A stretch of DNA of 43,187 bases, taken from Ginsengibacter sp. Lineage in GTDB: Bacteria; Bacteroidota; Bacteroidia; Chitinophagales; Chitinophagaceae. A program made the translations under genes and the position numbers. Every line of letters starts with the position of its first letter. Position 1 is the stretch's first letter. Location of the stretch: positions 1-43,187 of the forward strand of contig JBDUEG010000001.1 in the NCBI GenBank assembly GCA_040002575.1, in the 5' to 3' direction. A model generated the notes under the pieces. It was not told the DNA's origin. It ran no database searches and saw only the letters and a program-made list of their open reading frames with translations. Of the stretch, positions 41,302-43,187 are shown piece by piece.

Positions 41302-41610
41302 AGTAAGATTATTTAAAGATTATGTATAAGGGTAAGCAAGAAGTTTTGAAGAAAAGTTCTAGCCTTTCAAAAGAATAATGGAGATGTGGCTTATCAGGGG
41401 TAGGGATGATAATTAATCAGCTATGGTATTTCATTTCATTGGAAATCGTTTAACTAAATTAATGAATAATTTATTTGCGGAAGAAATAAAAACCTTTGTA
41501 AATCTGAATTTTGAAAAGGAAAGTTGATGAGATCGCTGAAAAAAAGAAAATAGAATCAGAATTGCTTAAGGATTAAAATTTTCTTTTTTATAAGAAAACA
41601 TTTGGGTTAA

Positions 41611-41973
41611 TTAATTATCTGGTGCACCGCTATTAAGCCAGCAAATGATTTTATTTTTCTGATCGGATGAAAGAGTATCGGGCGGCGGCGGCATGCTATT
41701 GGAACTCACCTGGATTTTAATTTCCAGTCTCTTATTAAAAATCTGTGTATAGTTAGTTAAAGGGCCGCCGCTATTGATAGCGCCATTTCCATGGCATCCG
41801 GGGCTGGTTGCGCAACGTGTATTAATAATTGGCTGCACATCAGTAGCAAATTTGAATGCCAATCCTGCACAAGGATCAGTTGCCGTAATGCAATCGCACT
41901 TACCGCAACCTTCCACCAGTAATGCAAGTACCGCAACAAAAAGGAAAGCGACTATTACTTTTTTAATTTGCAT
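41611..41973 (-). CDS. Small lipoprotein, cytochrome c-like (CX5CH ... MP)
   Basis: Lipobox VEGC; F..DVQPII..RCATSPGCH, SMPP, LS..Q..I.CWL..GAPDN. Start set at ATG 41973. Confidence 0.7.
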   Translation of the reverse strand: MQIKKVIVAFLFVAVLALLVEGCGKCDCITATDPCAGLAFKFATDVQPIINTRCATSPGCHGNGAINSGGPLTNYTQIFNKRLEIKIQVSSNSMPPPPDTLSSDQKNKIICWLNSGAPDN

Positions 41974-42047
41974 ATTTGAAGATAAGTTAAGAAAAGAATA
42001 AGTCGATATTTCAATTTCTACTTTTTTATTCACCTACAACTGTAAGC

Positions 42048-43127
42048 TTATACAATCTTGTGTATTATTAATGAAATTATAAACTCAGTGTATTCACCTT
42101 CTTTTGTATTTACTCTCATTTCTCCCGCATGCCCTTTTGTTATTATATCATAGCTCAGGGATAAGCCAAGCCCTGTACCCTGCCCTGACGGCTTTGTTGT
42201 AAAGAAAGGGACAAAAATTTTGTCCAGGATCTTCGAAGAGATTCCCATACCGTTGTCCCAGACCATGATATCAACTCTATCCTTTAATTTTTTTGTAGTC
42301 AGTTTAATTTTTGGTTCATAATTTACCAGTCCTAACGCAGATTCGTTTTTCTTCTTTTCAGTAACTGAATAGAAAGCATTATTAAATAAGTTCAACAACA
42401 CCCTTCCTATTTCCTGGGGAATGATATTTAATTGTCCTATCGTTTCATCAAAATCAGTTTCCATAAGAGCATTGAAACTTTTGTCTTTTGCCCGCAGGCC
42501 ATGGTAACTTAACCTTAAATATTCTGAAGCAAGCATGTTAACATTTACAGGTTCTTTCTGGCCGCTTGTATTTCGTGAATGAAGCAACATGCCCTTTACA
42601 ATATCATCTGCACGCTTTCCATGATGCTTTATTTTTTCGAGGTTAAGGGTAACGGCATCAATAATGCTTTCGATATTTTGCTTTCCTTCTTCTGTAAATT
42701 TTTCCTTAGCAAGGCAATCCTTTACCTCGGCAAGAAGTTCATCGTTTACCTCGGAAAAGTTGTTTACAAAGTTTAATGGGTTTTGTATTTCATGTGCTAT
42801 GCCTGCAGTAAGTTCTCCAAGAGATGCCATCTTTTCTTTTTGCACAAGCTGCAATTGAGTAGATTTAAGATGCGTAAGCGAAGCCTGTAAAGCTTCTTTT
42901 TGGTCCATTAACTCTGCCGTTCTTTCCTCAACTCTTTTTTCAAGCAATTCATTTTGCTGAGTGAGCGTACGTTGTTGCTCTTCAAAGAGTGCCTGCATAT
43001 TTTTATGATACTGTATCTTTTTACGCTGGCTGGTAATAAATGAAATGAGAAAGCTTGCAAACAGAAGCACCATTGCCGAGATGCCGATAAAAACTCTTAA
43101 TCCAGTACTAATCTGTAGCAGGTACAT
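42048..43127 (-). CDS. Single-TM sensor histidine kinase
   Basis: One TM, coiled coil LEKRVEERTAEL, H-box AHEIQNPL, HATPase boxes. Start set at ATG 43127. Confidence 0.92.
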   Translation of the reverse strand: MYLLQISTGLRVFIGISAMVLLFASFLISFITSQRKKIQYHKNMQALFEEQQRTLTQQNELLEKRVEERTAELMDQKEALQASLTHLKSTQLQLVQKEKMASLGELTAGIAHEIQNPLNFVNNFSEVNDELLAEVKDCLAKEKFTEEGKQNIESIIDAVTLNLEKIKHHGKRADDIVKGMLLHSRNTSGQKEPVNVNMLASEYLRLSYHGLRAKDKSFNALMETDFDETIGQLNIIPQEIGRVLLNLFNNAFYSVTEKKKNESALGLVNYEPKIKLTTKKLKDRVDIMVWDNGMGISSKILDKIFVPFFTTKPSGQGTGLGLSLSYDIITKGHAGEMRVNTKEGEYTEFIISLIIHKIV

Positions 43128-43187
43128 AAAAAGCTTTAGATATAAAAATACAAAGTAAGATGTAAGCAACGTTATGAACATTCCACA

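Noticed and set aside
35360-43127. Kinase similarity as a mobile repeat or assembly artefact
   Set aside because: The copies differ at many synonymous sites and have unrelated N-termini; they are genuine paralogs.

Overview
AT-rich Bacteroidota chromosomal segment, probably Chitinophagaceae. The assignment is inferred from gldA, two T9SS C-terminal-domain proteins, a DUF6089/PorG-like barrel, TTTG..TAnnTTTG-type promoters and A-rich leaders without Shine-Dalgarno sites. Left end (1-9.3 kb): VOC protein, TMEM175 K+ channel, an encapsulated-ferritin-like protein with no encapsulin, a truncated Type III Mod-like methyltransferase paired with a small PD-(D/E)xK-like protein, myo-inositol oxygenase convergent with a Na+/sugar symporter, and a FUSC protein. 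Middle (9.4-23 kb): core genes korA, nth, ftsB, eno, gldA, ricT, holB, gpx, comF and radA. Next come a candidate sRNA, a TonB-receptor operon with a palindromic operator, a T9SS adhesin-like gene, an ABC exporter with a LolA-like gene, and the transketolase N-subunit. Right end (33.9-43.2 kb), the most striking part: a porin + small periplasmic binding protein + HAMP kinase unit, two more kinases sharing an identical 29-aa H-box helix, a stand-alone receiver and a receiver-adenylate cyclase, interleaved with two exported proteins carrying stretched CXnCH motifs. No rRNA, tRNA, CRISPR array, integrase or transposase was seen. All family calls are by motif recognition; no database searches were run.
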